Positions 19,205 through 29,451 of a stretch of DNA of 64,000 nucleotides are shown in pieces. A model generated the notes under the pieces. The model made no database searches and was not told where the DNA came from. It saw only the letters and a program-made list of their open reading frames with translations. Source of the DNA: Nitrospirota bacterium. Its GTDB lineage: Bacteria > Nitrospirota > JACRHJ01. The translations under genes and the position numbers were made by a program. Numbering within the stretch: the first letter of the stretch is position 1; each line of letters opens with the position of its first letter. The stretch lies in contig CAWJRJ010000014.1 in assembly GCA_963845245.1 (NCBI GenBank), positions 96,001-160,000 of the forward strand, in the 5' to 3' direction.

Positions 19205-20521
19205 ATGAAAAAGACCTTCGTTCTTGACACAAACGTACTCCTGCATGACCCGAATTCCATATTTTCCTTTGAAGACAACGACGTAATAATACCCATCGTA
19301 GTGATAGAGGAGCTGGACAAGTTCAAAAAGGGTCTGGACGAGATAGGCCGTAACGCCAGGCAGGTCTCAAGGCACCTGGACGAGCTTCGGATGAAGAACA
19401 AGCTCTCCGTCGGTGTTAACCTCGACAACGGCGGCACCCTGAAGGTGGAGCTGAACCACCAGCGCGAAGAGCCCTGTCCGCTCCCGACCGACCTGTCGCT
19501 TGCCGTAGCCGACAACCGTATCCTGATGGTGGCGCTGTGTTACTCAAAGGAAAGGGAGGGCGTGGTCCTTGTCACAAAGGACACCAACCTCCGCATAAAG
19601 GCGGACGCGGTGGGCCTGACGACCGAGGACTACGAGACGGGCACCATCAATATCGACGAGCTTTACACGGGCGAGACCGAACTGGACGTCGAGCAGGCCG
19701 CGCTTACCGAATTCTTCGAAAAAGGGGAGCTTGCCGTCCCTGCGGATGTGTACTACCCGAACCAGTTCGTCATGGTAAGGAACCAGGCCAACCCGAGCCA
19801 GACCGGGCTTGCAAAGTACAACCCCAAAAGGAAGGCCGTTGTCCAGCTTGCCGGGGCCAAGCAGGGCGTGTGGGGCGTTTCGGCAAGGAACAAGGAGCAG
19901 AATTACGCGCTCGACCTTCTGCTGGACGACGAGATAAAGCTGGTCACTCTCGTAGGCAGGGCGGGCACGGGCAAGACCCTGCTGGCGCTCGCCGCCGGGC
20001 TTGAGAAGACGGTCGAGGAGCGCATATACCAGAGGCTGGTCGTTTCCAGGCCGATCTTCCCGCTGGGCCGCGACATCGGCTTCCTCCCGGGCGACGTCGA
20101 GGAAAAGCTGAAGCCCTGGATGCAGCCTATATTCGACAACCTGGAGTTCCTCATGGGCCCCTCCGAGGGGCGCGGCCGCAGGCCAAAGGACTACCACGGC
20201 CTGGTGGACCTGGGGATGCTGGAGCTTGAACCGCTCACATACATCAGGGGCAGGAGCATGCCAAACCGCTATCTCATAGTGGACGAGGCCCAGAACCTGA
20301 CCCCGCATGAGATAAAGACAATAATAAGCCGCGCGGGGGAGAATACCAAGATCGTCCTTACCGGCGACCCGTACCAGATAGACAACCCGTACATCGATTC
20401 GTCCTCGAACGGCCTCACATATGTTGCGGAGAGGTTCAAGCACGAGGCTATAGCCGGCCACATAACCCTCATAAAGGGCGAACGCTCATCCCTGGCCGAG
20501 CTTGCGACAAGGCTGCTATAG
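19205..20521 (+). CDS. PhoH family ATPase with N-terminal PIN domain (PhoH2/YlaK type)
   Basis: FVLDTNVLLHD PIN motif; GRAGTGKT, IGFLPG, YIRGRS, DEAQNLT, GDPYQID. Confidence 0.95.
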   Translation: MKKTFVLDTNVLLHDPNSIFSFEDNDVIIPIVVIEELDKFKKGLDEIGRNARQVSRHLDELRMKNKLSVGVNLDNGGTLKVELNHQREEPCPLPTDLSLAVADNRILMVALCYSKEREGVVLVTKDTNLRIKADAVGLTTEDYETGTINIDELYTGETELDVEQAALTEFFEKGELAVPADVYYPNQFVMVRNQANPSQTGLAKYNPKRKAVVQLAGAKQGVWGVSARNKEQNYALDLLLDDEIKLVTLVGRAGTGKTLLALAAGLEKTVEERIYQRLVVSRPIFPLGRDIGFLPGDVEEKLKPWMQPIFDNLEFLMGPSEGRGRRPKDYHGLVDLGMLELEPLTYIRGRSMPNRYLIVDEAQNLTPHEIKTIISRAGENTKIVLTGDPYQIDNPYIDSSSNGLTYVAERFKHEAIAGHITLIKGERSSLAELATRLL

Positions 20522-20530
20522 CGTTTTCTC

Positions 20531-20560
20531 TTGACTTGGGGGAGGTCTGCCCTTTATAAT
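20531..20560 (+). promoter_or_regulatory. Sigma-70 promoter of the ccsA-hem operon
   Basis: TTGACT-18 bp-TATAAT. Confidence 0.65.
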
Positions 20561-20593
20561 TTAACTTTGTCGAACGCTTGCAAGAGGTGATAT

Positions 20594-20773
20594 TTGTCCG
20601 TACTTTACGCACTTATGATACCCGCAGGTCTATTATGTCTGGGATGGGGTTTCTGGGCAGCGCATAACGCTAAAAAGCCTGTTGACATCATAGGTTCGCT
20701 TGCAATCCTTGCAGGTCTGGCGACGGCGCTGCTCGGTACGCTTCTGGTCTGCGTCCCGCGTTTTTTCTCCTGA
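20594..20773 (+). CDS. Small two-TM membrane protein (59 aa, absent from the ORF track)
   Basis: SD GAGGTG + TTG; MSVLYALMIPAGLLCLGWGFWAAHNAKKPVDIIGSLAILAGLATALLGTLLVCVPRFFS; fills the gap before the next gene. Confidence 0.7.
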   Translation: MSVLYALMIPAGLLCLGWGFWAAHNAKKPVDIIGSLAILAGLATALLGTLLVCVPRFFS

Positions 20774-20780
20774 GGGCCTG

Positions 20781-21230
20781 ATGGAAAAAGCCAAACTCAT
20801 AAAGTTTCTCAGAAACGCCCTGCTGGTCTTTGTTGTGCTGATTTCGATGGTGTGGGTAAAGACCTATTCTTACGGCAGGGGCCAGTACCTGGAGGGCGAG
20901 AAGGCATTCGCGGCTGGCGACTATAAAACCGCCATATCAGATTATGAGACCGCAATACATATGTACACACCCTTAAGCGGCTATGTGCCCGCTTCGGCCC
21001 AGAGGCTCTGGGAGATAGGCCAGGGTTTTGAAAACGCGGGGGAATATGACTGGTCGCTTATAGCATACCGCTCGCTCCGGAGCAGTTTCTATGCGGTCAG
21101 GAGCTTCTACACCCCATACAAGGACTGGATCGACCGCTCCGAAAAACAGATAGACGTCGTACTTGCCATGCAGAGCAAGCGTAACGGCCAAACGCCCACC
21201 AAGGAGGCCTCGCCGTCAGCTCATGAATAG
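20781..21230 (+). CDS. Hypothetical membrane-anchored TPR-like protein
   Basis: N-terminal TM helix and TPR-like helices; in operon. Confidence 0.65.
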   Translation: MEKAKLIKFLRNALLVFVVLISMVWVKTYSYGRGQYLEGEKAFAAGDYKTAISDYETAIHMYTPLSGYVPASAQRLWEIGQGFENAGEYDWSLIAYRSLRSSFYAVRSFYTPYKDWIDRSEKQIDVVLAMQSKRNGQTPTKEASPSAHE

Positions 21231-22038
21231 GGTTCTTTTCGGCATTACGCTGTTTTTTTATTTTCTTGCCACCTTCCACTACCTCCTCTTTCTCATCAAC
21301 CAGAGGGAGAGTATAGGGAAGGTCTGTCAGATAACCACCATAGTGGGGTTCGGTTTCCATACGGCATCCATCATATACCAGATGGTGAGCCTTAGCCACA
21401 TCCCCCTTACCAGCATAAGGGAATCGCTCGGTTTTTTTGCCTGGGCTATAGTGCTCATTTACCTTATCCTCGAGTACAAGGTGAAGATCCGGGTGATGGG
21501 GGCGTTCATAATCCCGCTCGCCTTCATCGCCGTTGCGGTCTCGCTCACGTTCCCCATAATCACGACGCCTCTGCCTGCATATTTCAGCAGCGCATGGCTG
21601 GGTATACATACGACGCTTGCCTTCCTCGCTGACGCGTCCTTTGCCATCGCGTTCGGCGTGGGTATCATGTACCTGATACAGGAGCGGCAGCTAAAACACA
21701 AGAACCCCGGTGCGTTTTACCACCGTCTGCCAAACCTTGACGTTCTGGACGAACTGGACTATAAGGCCATCGCGCTCGGCTTCCCGCTGCTTACCCTTGC
21801 CATCGTCACAGGATCGATATGGGCCAACAGCGCATGGGGTTATTACTGGGGCTGGGAACCAAAAGAGATATGGTCGCTTATCACCTGGCTAATATATGCG
21901 GCATATCTGCACGCCCGCCTGGTCGGCGGATGGCGGGGCCGCAAGGCGGCATACCTTGCCGTTATTGGTTTTGTGCTTGTTATATTTACATTCCTGGGCG
22001 TGAACCTGCTTCTGCCCGGGCAACACGCTTTTAAATAA
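21223..22038 (+). CDS. ccsA: Cytochrome c biogenesis protein CcsA/ResC (system II; HemX-like position)
   Basis: WWD-type motif GSIWANSAWGYYWGWEPKEIWSLITW; conserved His; 8 TM. Confidence 0.92.
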   Translation: MNRVLFGITLFFYFLATFHYLLFLINQRESIGKVCQITTIVGFGFHTASIIYQMVSLSHIPLTSIRESLGFFAWAIVLIYLILEYKVKIRVMGAFIIPLAFIAVAVSLTFPIITTPLPAYFSSAWLGIHTTLAFLADASFAIAFGVGIMYLIQERQLKHKNPGAFYHRLPNLDVLDELDYKAIALGFPLLTLAIVTGSIWANSAWGYYWGWEPKEIWSLITWLIYAAYLHARLVGGWRGRKAAYLAVIGFVLVIFTFLGVNLLLPGQHAFK

Positions 22039-22049
22039 CCGGAAGAGCC

Positions 22050-23375
22050 ATGAGTATTGTCGTCGTAGGTCTCAGCCATAAGACAGCCTCCGTTGAGGTG
22101 AGGGAAAAACTTTCGTTCCCGGAGGCGAAACTGCCGGATGCGCTCAGTTGCATGGGCAAGTGCACCATGGTGAACGAGAACGTCATCCTCTCCACCTGTA
22201 ACAGGGTCGAGACCTATGCCTTGGTGAAGGACGTCGAAAAAGGCTCCGAGGTGTTGAAGGATTTCTATCTCGAATACCACGGCCTGAAAGACAATATATA
22301 CAGGGACAGCCTTTATGCCTACACTGGAAGGGAAGCGGTCCGCCACATATTCCGCGTCGCCGCCAGCCTCGATTCCATGGTCGTGGGCGAGCCCCAGATA
22401 CTGGGCCAGTTAAAAGACGCGTTCGACCACGCCCTTGCGAACAAGACTACCGGCGTGGTGATGAACCGTCTCATGAAGAAGACTATCTCGGTGGCGAAGA
22501 GGATACGCACCGAGACCAAGATAGCCGAGTCTGCGGTATCCATAAGCTTTGCCGCGGTCGAGCTTGCCAGGAAGATATTCGGCGACCTGGAAGGCAAGTC
22601 GGTAATGCTTGCCGGCGCCGGCGAGATGGCCGAGCTTGCGGCCAGACACCTGGTTAATAACGGCGTAAAGACGGTGCTGGTTGCAAACAGGACATTCGAG
22701 CGCGCGGAAACCCTTGCCGATGAATTTGGAGGCAGGGCCGTGAAATACGAAGACTTATCCGATGAGATGGTCCATGCCGACATACTGATAGCCTCGACCG
22801 GGGCCCAGCACTACATACTTACCCAGAAGGACATGGCCAAGGTCATAAAGGAGCGCAAGAACCGCCCCGTGTTCCTGATAGACATAGCCGTGCCCAGGAA
22901 CCTTGACCCGGACATAAACAAGATAGACAACGTATACCTTTACGACATCGACGACCTTCAGTCCGTGGTCGCGTCCAACATAAAAGAAAGGCAGAAGGAG
23001 GCGGAGCTTGCCGAGGAGATAGTGGAGGAGGAGATAAACACCTTCATGTCCTGGCTCCGCTCGATCGACGTCGTCCCGACCATCGTAGCAATACGAGACA
23101 AGGCCGAATCGATAAGGCAGGCCGAGCTCGAACGCTCGCTCTCGAAGATGGGCGAACTAAGCGAAAAGCAGAAGAAGCAGGTTGAGAGCCTGACCCAGGC
23201 GATAGTGAACAAGATACTGCATACGCCGCTGGTCGCACTGAAGCAGAGCGCGGGCGACCCGGAAGGAAGCAGCCATGTAGAGGCCGCGCGTGTGCTTTTC
23301 GACCTTGACCGTCAGGAACCGGACGAAGGCGCGGTCGAACCCGCCGGCCATGGTTCCGGGGCGGAAACCAGATAG
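22050..23375 (+). CDS. hemA: Glutamyl-tRNA reductase
   Basis: STCNRVE, SLDSMVVGEPQILGQ, GAGEM, DIAVPR. Confidence 0.98.
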   Translation: MSIVVVGLSHKTASVEVREKLSFPEAKLPDALSCMGKCTMVNENVILSTCNRVETYALVKDVEKGSEVLKDFYLEYHGLKDNIYRDSLYAYTGREAVRHIFRVAASLDSMVVGEPQILGQLKDAFDHALANKTTGVVMNRLMKKTISVAKRIRTETKIAESAVSISFAAVELARKIFGDLEGKSVMLAGAGEMAELAARHLVNNGVKTVLVANRTFERAETLADEFGGRAVKYEDLSDEMVHADILIASTGAQHYILTQKDMAKVIKERKNRPVFLIDIAVPRNLDPDINKIDNVYLYDIDDLQSVVASNIKERQKEAELAEEIVEEEINTFMSWLRSIDVVPTIVAIRDKAESIRQAELERSLSKMGELSEKQKKQVESLTQAIVNKILHTPLVALKQSAGDPEGSSHVEAARVLFDLDRQEPDEGAVEPAGHGSGAETR

Positions 23376-23384
23376 GGGGATGAT

Positions 23385-24344
23385 TTGTCTAAGAGGGACA
23401 AAATTGTAATAGGTACGCGCGGCAGCCAGCTTGCACTCTGGCAGGCGGAATACGTACAGCGCGAGCTGATAAAGGCCTGTCCGGGTGTCGAGGTCACGCT
23501 CCAGAAGATAAAGACTACTGGCGACATGATACTAGACGTACCGCTTGCAAAGGTGGGCGGCAAGGGGCTCTTCGTCAAGGAGATCGAGGACGCAATGCTG
23601 AGGGGCGAGATCGACCTTGCCGTGCACAGCATGAAGGACGTACCGACCGTGCTCCCGGACAGTCTGCACCTGCGCTGCATGCCGAAGCGCGAGGACCCGA
23701 GCGACGCCTTCCTGTCAAAGGAGGCCAAAAGCTTTAAAGATCTGAAACAGGGCGGTACCGTCGGTACCAGCAGCCTTAGAAGGCAGTGCCAGCTCATGAG
23801 TGTGAGGCCGGACATAAAGATAGAACAGCTCCGCGGCAACCTCGATACCCGCATAAGGAAGATGGAGGAAGGGCAGTTCGATGCGATCATACTCGCCGCC
23901 GCCGGCATCAGGAGGCTGGGCTGGGGCGAGAAGATAAAAGAATACATAGACCCGGAGATGTGCATCCCGGCCATCGGCCAGGGTGCGATAGGCATCGAGT
24001 GCAGGGTGGACGACGCCTTCATGAACGAGACGCTATCGGTACTCCAGCACCAGGACACGTGGGATTGTGTGGTAGCCGAGCGGGCGCTTTTGAAAAGGCT
24101 CGAAGGCGGCTGTCAGGTACCCATCGCAGCGCATGCCCGGATCTTGCGGGAAAACGGCCGTGAGAAGCTGGTGCTGGTAGGCCTTGTCGGGAGTGTTTCC
24201 GGTGACCGTATTATCAGGGACAAAATAGAGACCACAGTGAAAGACGGCGAGAAAGCCGGTGTGGCGCTTGCCGAAACGCTTCTCTCTCGCGGTGCAGGCG
24301 AGATACTGAAAGAAGTTTACGGAAGGGATGTCACAGGTTATTAA
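23385..24344 (+). CDS. hemC: Hydroxymethylbilane synthase (porphobilinogen deaminase)
   Basis: GTRGSQLALWQ, GGKGLFVKE, VHSMKD, GTSSLRR, LEGGCQVP. Confidence 0.98.
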   Translation: MSKRDKIVIGTRGSQLALWQAEYVQRELIKACPGVEVTLQKIKTTGDMILDVPLAKVGGKGLFVKEIEDAMLRGEIDLAVHSMKDVPTVLPDSLHLRCMPKREDPSDAFLSKEAKSFKDLKQGGTVGTSSLRRQCQLMSVRPDIKIEQLRGNLDTRIRKMEEGQFDAIILAAAGIRRLGWGEKIKEYIDPEMCIPAIGQGAIGIECRVDDAFMNETLSVLQHQDTWDCVVAERALLKRLEGGCQVPIAAHARILRENGREKLVLVGLVGSVSGDRIIRDKIETTVKDGEKAGVALAETLLSRGAGEILKEVYGRDVTGY

Positions 24345-24393
24345 AGAGCCGTGCTGGCGTTACACAAGGCCTTTTAATAGCAGGAGGAAAGTC

Positions 24394-25254
24394 ATGTCAG
24401 GAAAATCGGCCCTTTCTTTGTTAATCACATTATCTCTCTTCTTCGCCGGTTGCGCCGCGTCGAACACCGCCGGAAAACCGGAAGCGGAAAATGTCGATAA
24501 AGACAAGGCACAAACAGCCATCGAGGCAAAAGACTCCAAGGTAGAGGCAAAGGACAAATATACCAAAGGGCTGATGGCCATGAGCCACGGCAACATGGTA
24601 GATGCCGAAAAGTATTTCCTCGAGTCCATAAAGCTTGACCCCGACCACGTAAGCACGCACATGTTTCTGGCGCGGGCTTATGAAAAACAGAAAAAATATG
24701 AAGAGTCCGCCGATCAGTACGAAGCGGCTATGAAGTTAAAGCCTGAGGACCCGAACCCCTATGCCGGGCTTATAGGCATCTACCTTGAGAAGGGCCTTTC
24801 GGACAATGCGATCGCAACCGCCGAGAAAGCCGCCAAAAAGGGTATACCGATGAGTACGTACGCCGGGAACCTGGGCTGGGCGTATTATATGAAAGGCGAC
24901 CTTGTTAATGCGGAGAAATATTTAAAGGAAGCGAAAGAGCAAAGCAAGGACGAGTCCGTCCCGCGGAACAACCTTGGCCTGTTGTATTTCAGGCAAGGCC
25001 GTTATGAGGACGCCCTTGCCAATTTCAAGGAGGCTTCAGAGCTGAACAAGCAGAGTGTCGTGCTCCCATACTTTCTGGCCCTTACCTACAATAAGCTTGG
25101 CAAGGATGACGAAGTTGCAAATGCCTTGCGGGAGGGTTTGAAGAGGGACCCGGACATCGAGAGTAAAGTAAAGTCCTATAAGAGAAGATTTTTTGCAGAT
25201 GACCCCGGCGACCTTTCGGCCGTATTTAAGAAGCTTAAGGAAGAGAAGAACTGA
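24394..25254 (+). CDS. TPR-repeat lipoprotein
   Basis: SD AGGAGG; lipobox FAGC; several TPR repeats. Confidence 0.85.
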   Translation: MSGKSALSLLITLSLFFAGCAASNTAGKPEAENVDKDKAQTAIEAKDSKVEAKDKYTKGLMAMSHGNMVDAEKYFLESIKLDPDHVSTHMFLARAYEKQKKYEESADQYEAAMKLKPEDPNPYAGLIGIYLEKGLSDNAIATAEKAAKKGIPMSTYAGNLGWAYYMKGDLVNAEKYLKEAKEQSKDESVPRNNLGLLYFRQGRYEDALANFKEASELNKQSVVLPYFLALTYNKLGKDDEVANALREGLKRDPDIESKVKSYKRRFFADDPGDLSAVFKKLKEEKN

Positions 25255-25260
25255 GGCACC

Positions 25261-26067
25261 TTGAGTTTAGATGTGGCAAAAAAGGGGCCTCTTGCAGGCA
25301 GGAAGGTGGTAGTTACCAGGACCGCGGAGCAGGCGGGCAGCTTTGTCTCGAAGTTGCGGGCAGAAGGCGCAGATGTAATCGAGTTCCCTACCATTGAGAC
25401 TGTCCCGCCCGAAAATTATTCAAGCATAGATTCTGCTATAGCACGCCTTCCTCGCTTTGATTACACTATCTTTACCAGCGCCAATGCGTTGAAATATTTT
25501 ATCTCACGGTTGGAAGAACTAGGGAGGCCGAGCAGCCTCCTGAGAGAAAGCCGGCTGATTGCGGTCGGGCCCAAGACGGCCCAGGAGATGGCGGCACGCG
25601 GACTGAAGCCGGATATTATACCTGAGGAATACAAGGCTGAAGGCGTCCTGGCGGCGCTTGAGGGCACCGACATCGCCGGCAAAAGTTTTCTTTACCCCAG
25701 GGCGCTTGAGGCAAGGGAACTGCTCCCTGAAAAATTGAGAGACAGGGGTGCCGAGGTCGTTGTGGCGGTTGCCTACCGTACCGTCGCTCCAAGGGTGGAG
25801 CGGGAATACCTTAAAGGTCTTTTTAGCGGGGGAGTATCCGCTATTACGTTTACAAGTTCTTCGACCGTCAAAAACTTTATGCTCATGGCGGGCGATGATG
25901 CGTCGGAGTTGTTGAAGGGGGTGTGCGTGGCCTGCATAGGCCCCGTGACAGCCAGAACATGTGAGGAGATGGGCGTGGGCGTCGACGTGATGCCGGGTGA
26001 TTATACCGTTGAAGCCCTCCTCCTCTCTTTAACCGGATATTTTGCAAGGAGAAAAGACAATGATTGA
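25261..26067 (+). CDS. hemD: Uroporphyrinogen-III synthase
   Basis: VVTRT, FTSANA, VGPKTA, AYRT, FTSSSTV, CIGPVTA. Confidence 0.93.
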   Translation: MSLDVAKKGPLAGRKVVVTRTAEQAGSFVSKLRAEGADVIEFPTIETVPPENYSSIDSAIARLPRFDYTIFTSANALKYFISRLEELGRPSSLLRESRLIAVGPKTAQEMAARGLKPDIIPEEYKAEGVLAALEGTDIAGKSFLYPRALEARELLPEKLRDRGAEVVVAVAYRTVAPRVEREYLKGLFSGGVSAITFTSSSTVKNFMLMAGDDASELLKGVCVACIGPVTARTCEEMGVGVDVMPGDYTVEALLLSLTGYFARRKDND

Positions 26068-26407
26068 AGTAAGTGAAAAGGCGTTGGGTGAGTTTAAAAG
26101 GGTGCTTTCAGGTGAGGACAGGAAGGGCCTTGGAATAAAGATAAAGGCGTTCATGTCCGAGTCTTCCTGCTGCTCATGCGGCCCAAGCCAGAGCTATGAG
26201 ATGGACCTCGTAGAAAAAGGCGAGGCTGGCGACCTGTCTGTCGACAAGGGTGGGATTAACTTCTACATGGACCCGGCGAGCGCCGGTCTCATGGAGGGCT
26301 TCGAGATAGATTTCATCGACGACCACGGCTTCATCGTCAAAGACAACAACGCGGCGCCCTCATGCGGCTGTGGCGGCGGCGAAGGCGGCGGTTCCTGCTG
26401 CGGTTAG
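26060..26407 (+). CDS. HesB/IscA-like A-type Fe-S carrier with Cys-rich tail
   Basis: IEVSEKA, SCCSCGP, GFEIDF, SCGCG..SCCG. Confidence 0.8.
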   Translation: MIEVSEKALGEFKRVLSGEDRKGLGIKIKAFMSESSCCSCGPSQSYEMDLVEKGEAGDLSVDKGGINFYMDPASAGLMEGFEIDFIDDHGFIVKDNNAAPSCGCGGGEGGGSCCG

Positions 26408-26421
26408 AAAAGGAGCCTATC

Positions 26422-26736
26422 ATGGCAGAGAAGACAAACCCTGATGCCCAGCCGGTAGGCCTCACGTTCGAGATAAGGCCTGATGTCGATGGAGGGGTGT
26501 ACTCGAACGTCGCGAGCATAGTGCATAACCCGAACGAGTTCATACTGGACTTTGCCGCCATACTGCCGGGCAAGGAATCGGCTACGGTGCGCGCAAGGGT
26601 GATAACCAGCCCGTCCCATGCCAAGCAGTTCCTTGCCGCCCTGGCCGAGAATATCGCAGGGTATGAGAGGAACTTCGGTGAGATAAAGATGCTTGTGCCT
26701 CCACCGGTCATAAAAGGCACGGAGACAATTCACTAG
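26422..26736 (+). CDS. DUF3467 family protein
   Basis: GVYSN..HNPNEFILDF..ARVITSPSHAK..L..NI..YE..FGEI. Confidence 0.88.
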   Translation: MAEKTNPDAQPVGLTFEIRPDVDGGVYSNVASIVHNPNEFILDFAAILPGKESATVRARVITSPSHAKQFLAALAENIAGYERNFGEIKMLVPPPVIKGTETIH

Positions 26737-26757
26737 GCATAGAAGAAGGAGCCAAAC

Positions 26758-27732
26758 ATGTTTTTCCCTTCCTACCGCGCAAGACGCATGAGGTCCTCGG
26801 ACGCAATGAGGCGGATGGTCCGTGAGACCATTATTACGCCAGCGGACTTTGTATATCCGCTCTTCGTCACGCACGGAAAAGGCGTAAAAAAAGAGATATC
26901 GTCCATGCCCGGGAACTACCAGCAGTCGGTTGACAACATCGTCAAGGACTGCAAGGAGGTCAAGTCCCTGGGTATACCCTCCGTGCTCCTCTTCGGCATC
27001 CCTGAGAAAAAGGACGCAAAGGGAAGCGAGGCTTATGCGGATAACGGGATAGTACAGCAGGCCGTGAAGGCTATAAAAGACGCAGTCCCTGACCTACTCG
27101 TCATTACCGATGTTTGTCTTTGTGAGTACACCGACCATGGCCATTGCGGCATAGTTAAAGGTGACAAGATACTAAACGACCCGACTGTAGAACTGCTGTG
27201 CAAAGAGGCGCTTTCCCATGCCAGGGCTGGCGCCGACATAGTCGCCCCTTCCGACATGATGGACGGCAGGGTCGGAGCGATAAGGGAGGCCCTTGACGAG
27301 AAAGGCTTCGGCGACACGCCGATAATGTCCTACGCCGTCAAATACGCCTCATCCTTCTATGGGCCTTTCAGGGAGGCGGCGGAGTCAACTCCCGCCTTCG
27401 GCGACAGGAGGAGCCACCAGATGGACCCCGGCAATGCCCGCGAGGCCATGAGGGAGGCAGACCTTGATGTTGACGAAGGGGCGGATATATTAATGGTCAA
27501 ACCGGCGTTGCCGTACCTGGACATTATATACAGGCTCAGGGAGAACTACGACCTGCCTATCGCGGCCTATAACGTCTCCGGCGAGGTCTCCATGATTATT
27601 GCAGCGGAGAAGCTGGGATGGATGGACGGCCAGCGCGCTATGATGGAGTCGCTTACGTGCATCAAGAGGGCAGGGGCAGACATTATTATCACCTATTTTG
27701 CCAAGGAAGCGGCAAAGATCTTAAACAAGTAG
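26758..27732 (+). CDS. hemB: Porphobilinogen synthase (ALA dehydratase)
   Basis: [43 protein letters not shown]. Confidence 0.98.
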   Translation: MFFPSYRARRMRSSDAMRRMVRETIITPADFVYPLFVTHGKGVKKEISSMPGNYQQSVDNIVKDCKEVKSLGIPSVLLFGIPEKKDAKGSEAYADNGIVQQAVKAIKDAVPDLLVITDVCLCEYTDHGHCGIVKGDKILNDPTVELLCKEALSHARAGADIVAPSDMMDGRVGAIREALDEKGFGDTPIMSYAVKYASSFYGPFREAAESTPAFGDRRSHQMDPGNAREAMREADLDVDEGADILMVKPALPYLDIIYRLRENYDLPIAAYNVSGEVSMIIAAEKLGWMDGQRAMMESLTCIKRAGADIIITYFAKEAAKILNK

Positions 27733-27737
27733 CCTGA

Positions 27738-28484
27738 TTGCTTCGAATAGAAACCAACCTTGACGGTAAAAAGGTCAGGTATTACGAGGCCGGCAAGGGA
27801 GAGGCTGTCGTACTCCTGCACGGCGCGGGCGCGACAGCCCGACTCTGGCGGAAGCAGATGGGCCCTCTTTCAGGGCTATTTAGGGTCATTGCGCCTGACC
27901 TGCCGGGATTTGGCGGCACCGATGTCTTTCCGGAAACCAAAGACGTTAAGGGTTATGCCGGTTTTATTGCAGCATTCCTTGAGAATGCAGGAATATGCCG
28001 GGCCTCGCTCATCGGTAGTTCCATGGGCGGCTGGGTAGCATGCTGGTTCGCGTTGCTTTATCCCGAGAAAATCAACAAGCTGGTACTTGTATCGCCTGCC
28101 GGGGCATATCAGCCTGAGGACCCCCCGATGTCCATTCAACGCCTTCTGGAAGAGATAAGACTTTGGCATGGTTCTGCGGGGGTAGCTCAGAACGAGGGCG
28201 CTACGAATGAGCTTGAAAAGGGACTTGCTACGGTCAAACGACTGTACGAGAGCGGTGGGATGGAGCCTGATCTTGCAGGAAACCTGTCGAAGATAAAGGC
28301 TAATACACTTGTTATCTGGGGCGATGAAGACAGGGTCATACCCGTGTCCTATTCAGAGACTTTCAGTGTCGGCATAAAATACTCCAGGGTAGATATAATA
28401 AAGGGTGCAGGCCATCTCCCCTATGCGGAGAAGCCTGACATCTTTAATAAAATAGTGTCGGATTTTTTAAAGGAAGCGTCCTAG
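27738..28484 (+). CDS. Alpha/beta fold hydrolase
   Basis: LLHG, DLPGFG, GSSMGG nucleophile elbow, WGDEDRVIP, GAGHLP. Confidence 0.9.
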   Translation: MLRIETNLDGKKVRYYEAGKGEAVVLLHGAGATARLWRKQMGPLSGLFRVIAPDLPGFGGTDVFPETKDVKGYAGFIAAFLENAGICRASLIGSSMGGWVACWFALLYPEKINKLVLVSPAGAYQPEDPPMSIQRLLEEIRLWHGSAGVAQNEGATNELEKGLATVKRLYESGGMEPDLAGNLSKIKANTLVIWGDEDRVIPVSYSETFSVGIKYSRVDIIKGAGHLPYAEKPDIFNKIVSDFLKEAS

Positions 28485-28494
28485 GAGCGTTCAG

Positions 28495-28878
28495 GTGATA
28501 AAAGTATTTTTGGTGGACGACAGCCCGATTGTCACTAACCTTGTCTCGGGTTATCTTAAAGGCCGCGGTTTCAGCGTGAGTACCTTTAACAGCCCGTTCG
28601 GCGTCATCAATAAATTAAAAGATGCAAGGCCGCATGTCATACTCATGGACCTGGGACTCCCGGGCCTGAGAGGGGATAAGCTCATAGACCTCTGCAAAAA
28701 AGAGAAGGAGACATGCGACTGCCGTATAATATTGTTCTCGTCCTCCGATGACCAGGAGATGAAAGACCTGGTGGATAAGGGCATCGCCCACGATTATTTT
28801 GTCAAGGGCGGCGCCTTGAAGGAGCTGGAAGACAAGATTATAGCGCAGGCAGGCACGGTGCAGGAGAAAAAGAAGTAA
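28495..28878 (+). CDS. Single-domain response regulator
   Basis: LVDD, ILMDLGLP, FSS, YFVK. Confidence 0.88.
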   Translation: MIKVFLVDDSPIVTNLVSGYLKGRGFSVSTFNSPFGVINKLKDARPHVILMDLGLPGLRGDKLIDLCKKEKETCDCRIILFSSSDDQEMKDLVDKGIAHDYFVKGGALKELEDKIIAQAGTVQEKKK

Positions 28879-29451
28879 GTGTCCATCCCGAAGATCATCC
28901 TCGCATCAGCCTCCCCCAGAAGGACAGAACTGCTTGGTCTCGCCGGCATAGATCATATTATCGATCCGGCCGACGTTGACGAATCCCTCCTTCCGGACGA
29001 GGATGCCGCCGAATACGCCAAAAGGATAGCCCTTGTCAAGGCTATAAAGACAGCTGAGAGGCATGCTTCCGGCCTGGTGCTTGGTGCTGACACCATAGTC
29101 GTTGTCGAGGGCGAGGTCCTGGGCAAGCCAGCTTCACGCGAAGATGCCGCCAGGATGCTCCAGCTTATTTCAGGGAGGGAGCATGAGGTCATAACCTCTA
29201 TCGCCCTGGTGGATGCACAGACCGGACGGAGCAAGGTAGGGCTTGAAGTCACGGAGGTCAAGGTGAAAGTTCTTACCGCAGACGATATCGAAGAGTATCT
29301 GGAGACCGGAGAGGCGTTCGACAAGGCCGGCGCATATGGCATTCAGGGCAGGGCCTCGGTGTTTGTCGAAGGTATACGGGGCTGTTTTTTCAACGTTGTC
29401 GGCCTGCCTCTTGCCAGGCTTGACAGGATGATCAAAGAATTTCAAACATGA
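28879..29451 (+). CDS. maf: Maf family nucleotide pyrophosphatase
   Basis: ILASASPRR, GADTIV, LGKP, DKAGAYGIQG, NVVGLP. Confidence 0.95.
   Translation: MSIPKIILASASPRRTELLGLAGIDHIIDPADVDESLLPDEDAAEYAKRIALVKAIKTAERHASGLVLGADTIVVVEGEVLGKPASREDAARMLQLISGREHEVITSIALVDAQTGRSKVGLEVTEVKVKVLTADDIEEYLETGEAFDKAGAYGIQGRASVFVEGIRGCFFNVVGLPLARLDRMIKEFQT

Noticed and set aside
19544..20461. 305-aa minus-strand ORF (and similar ones at 17632-18435, 23312-24058, 60118-60876, 63093-63881)
   Set aside because: Antisense to conserved GC-rich genes, where stop codons on the opposite strand are rare.
4113..26407. Selenoproteins (in-frame UGA) in the Se-associated island and the HesB-like gene
   Set aside because: The Cys motifs I checked use TGC/TGT, and the gene breaks are frame changes rather than UGA read-through. 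No SECIS search was run.
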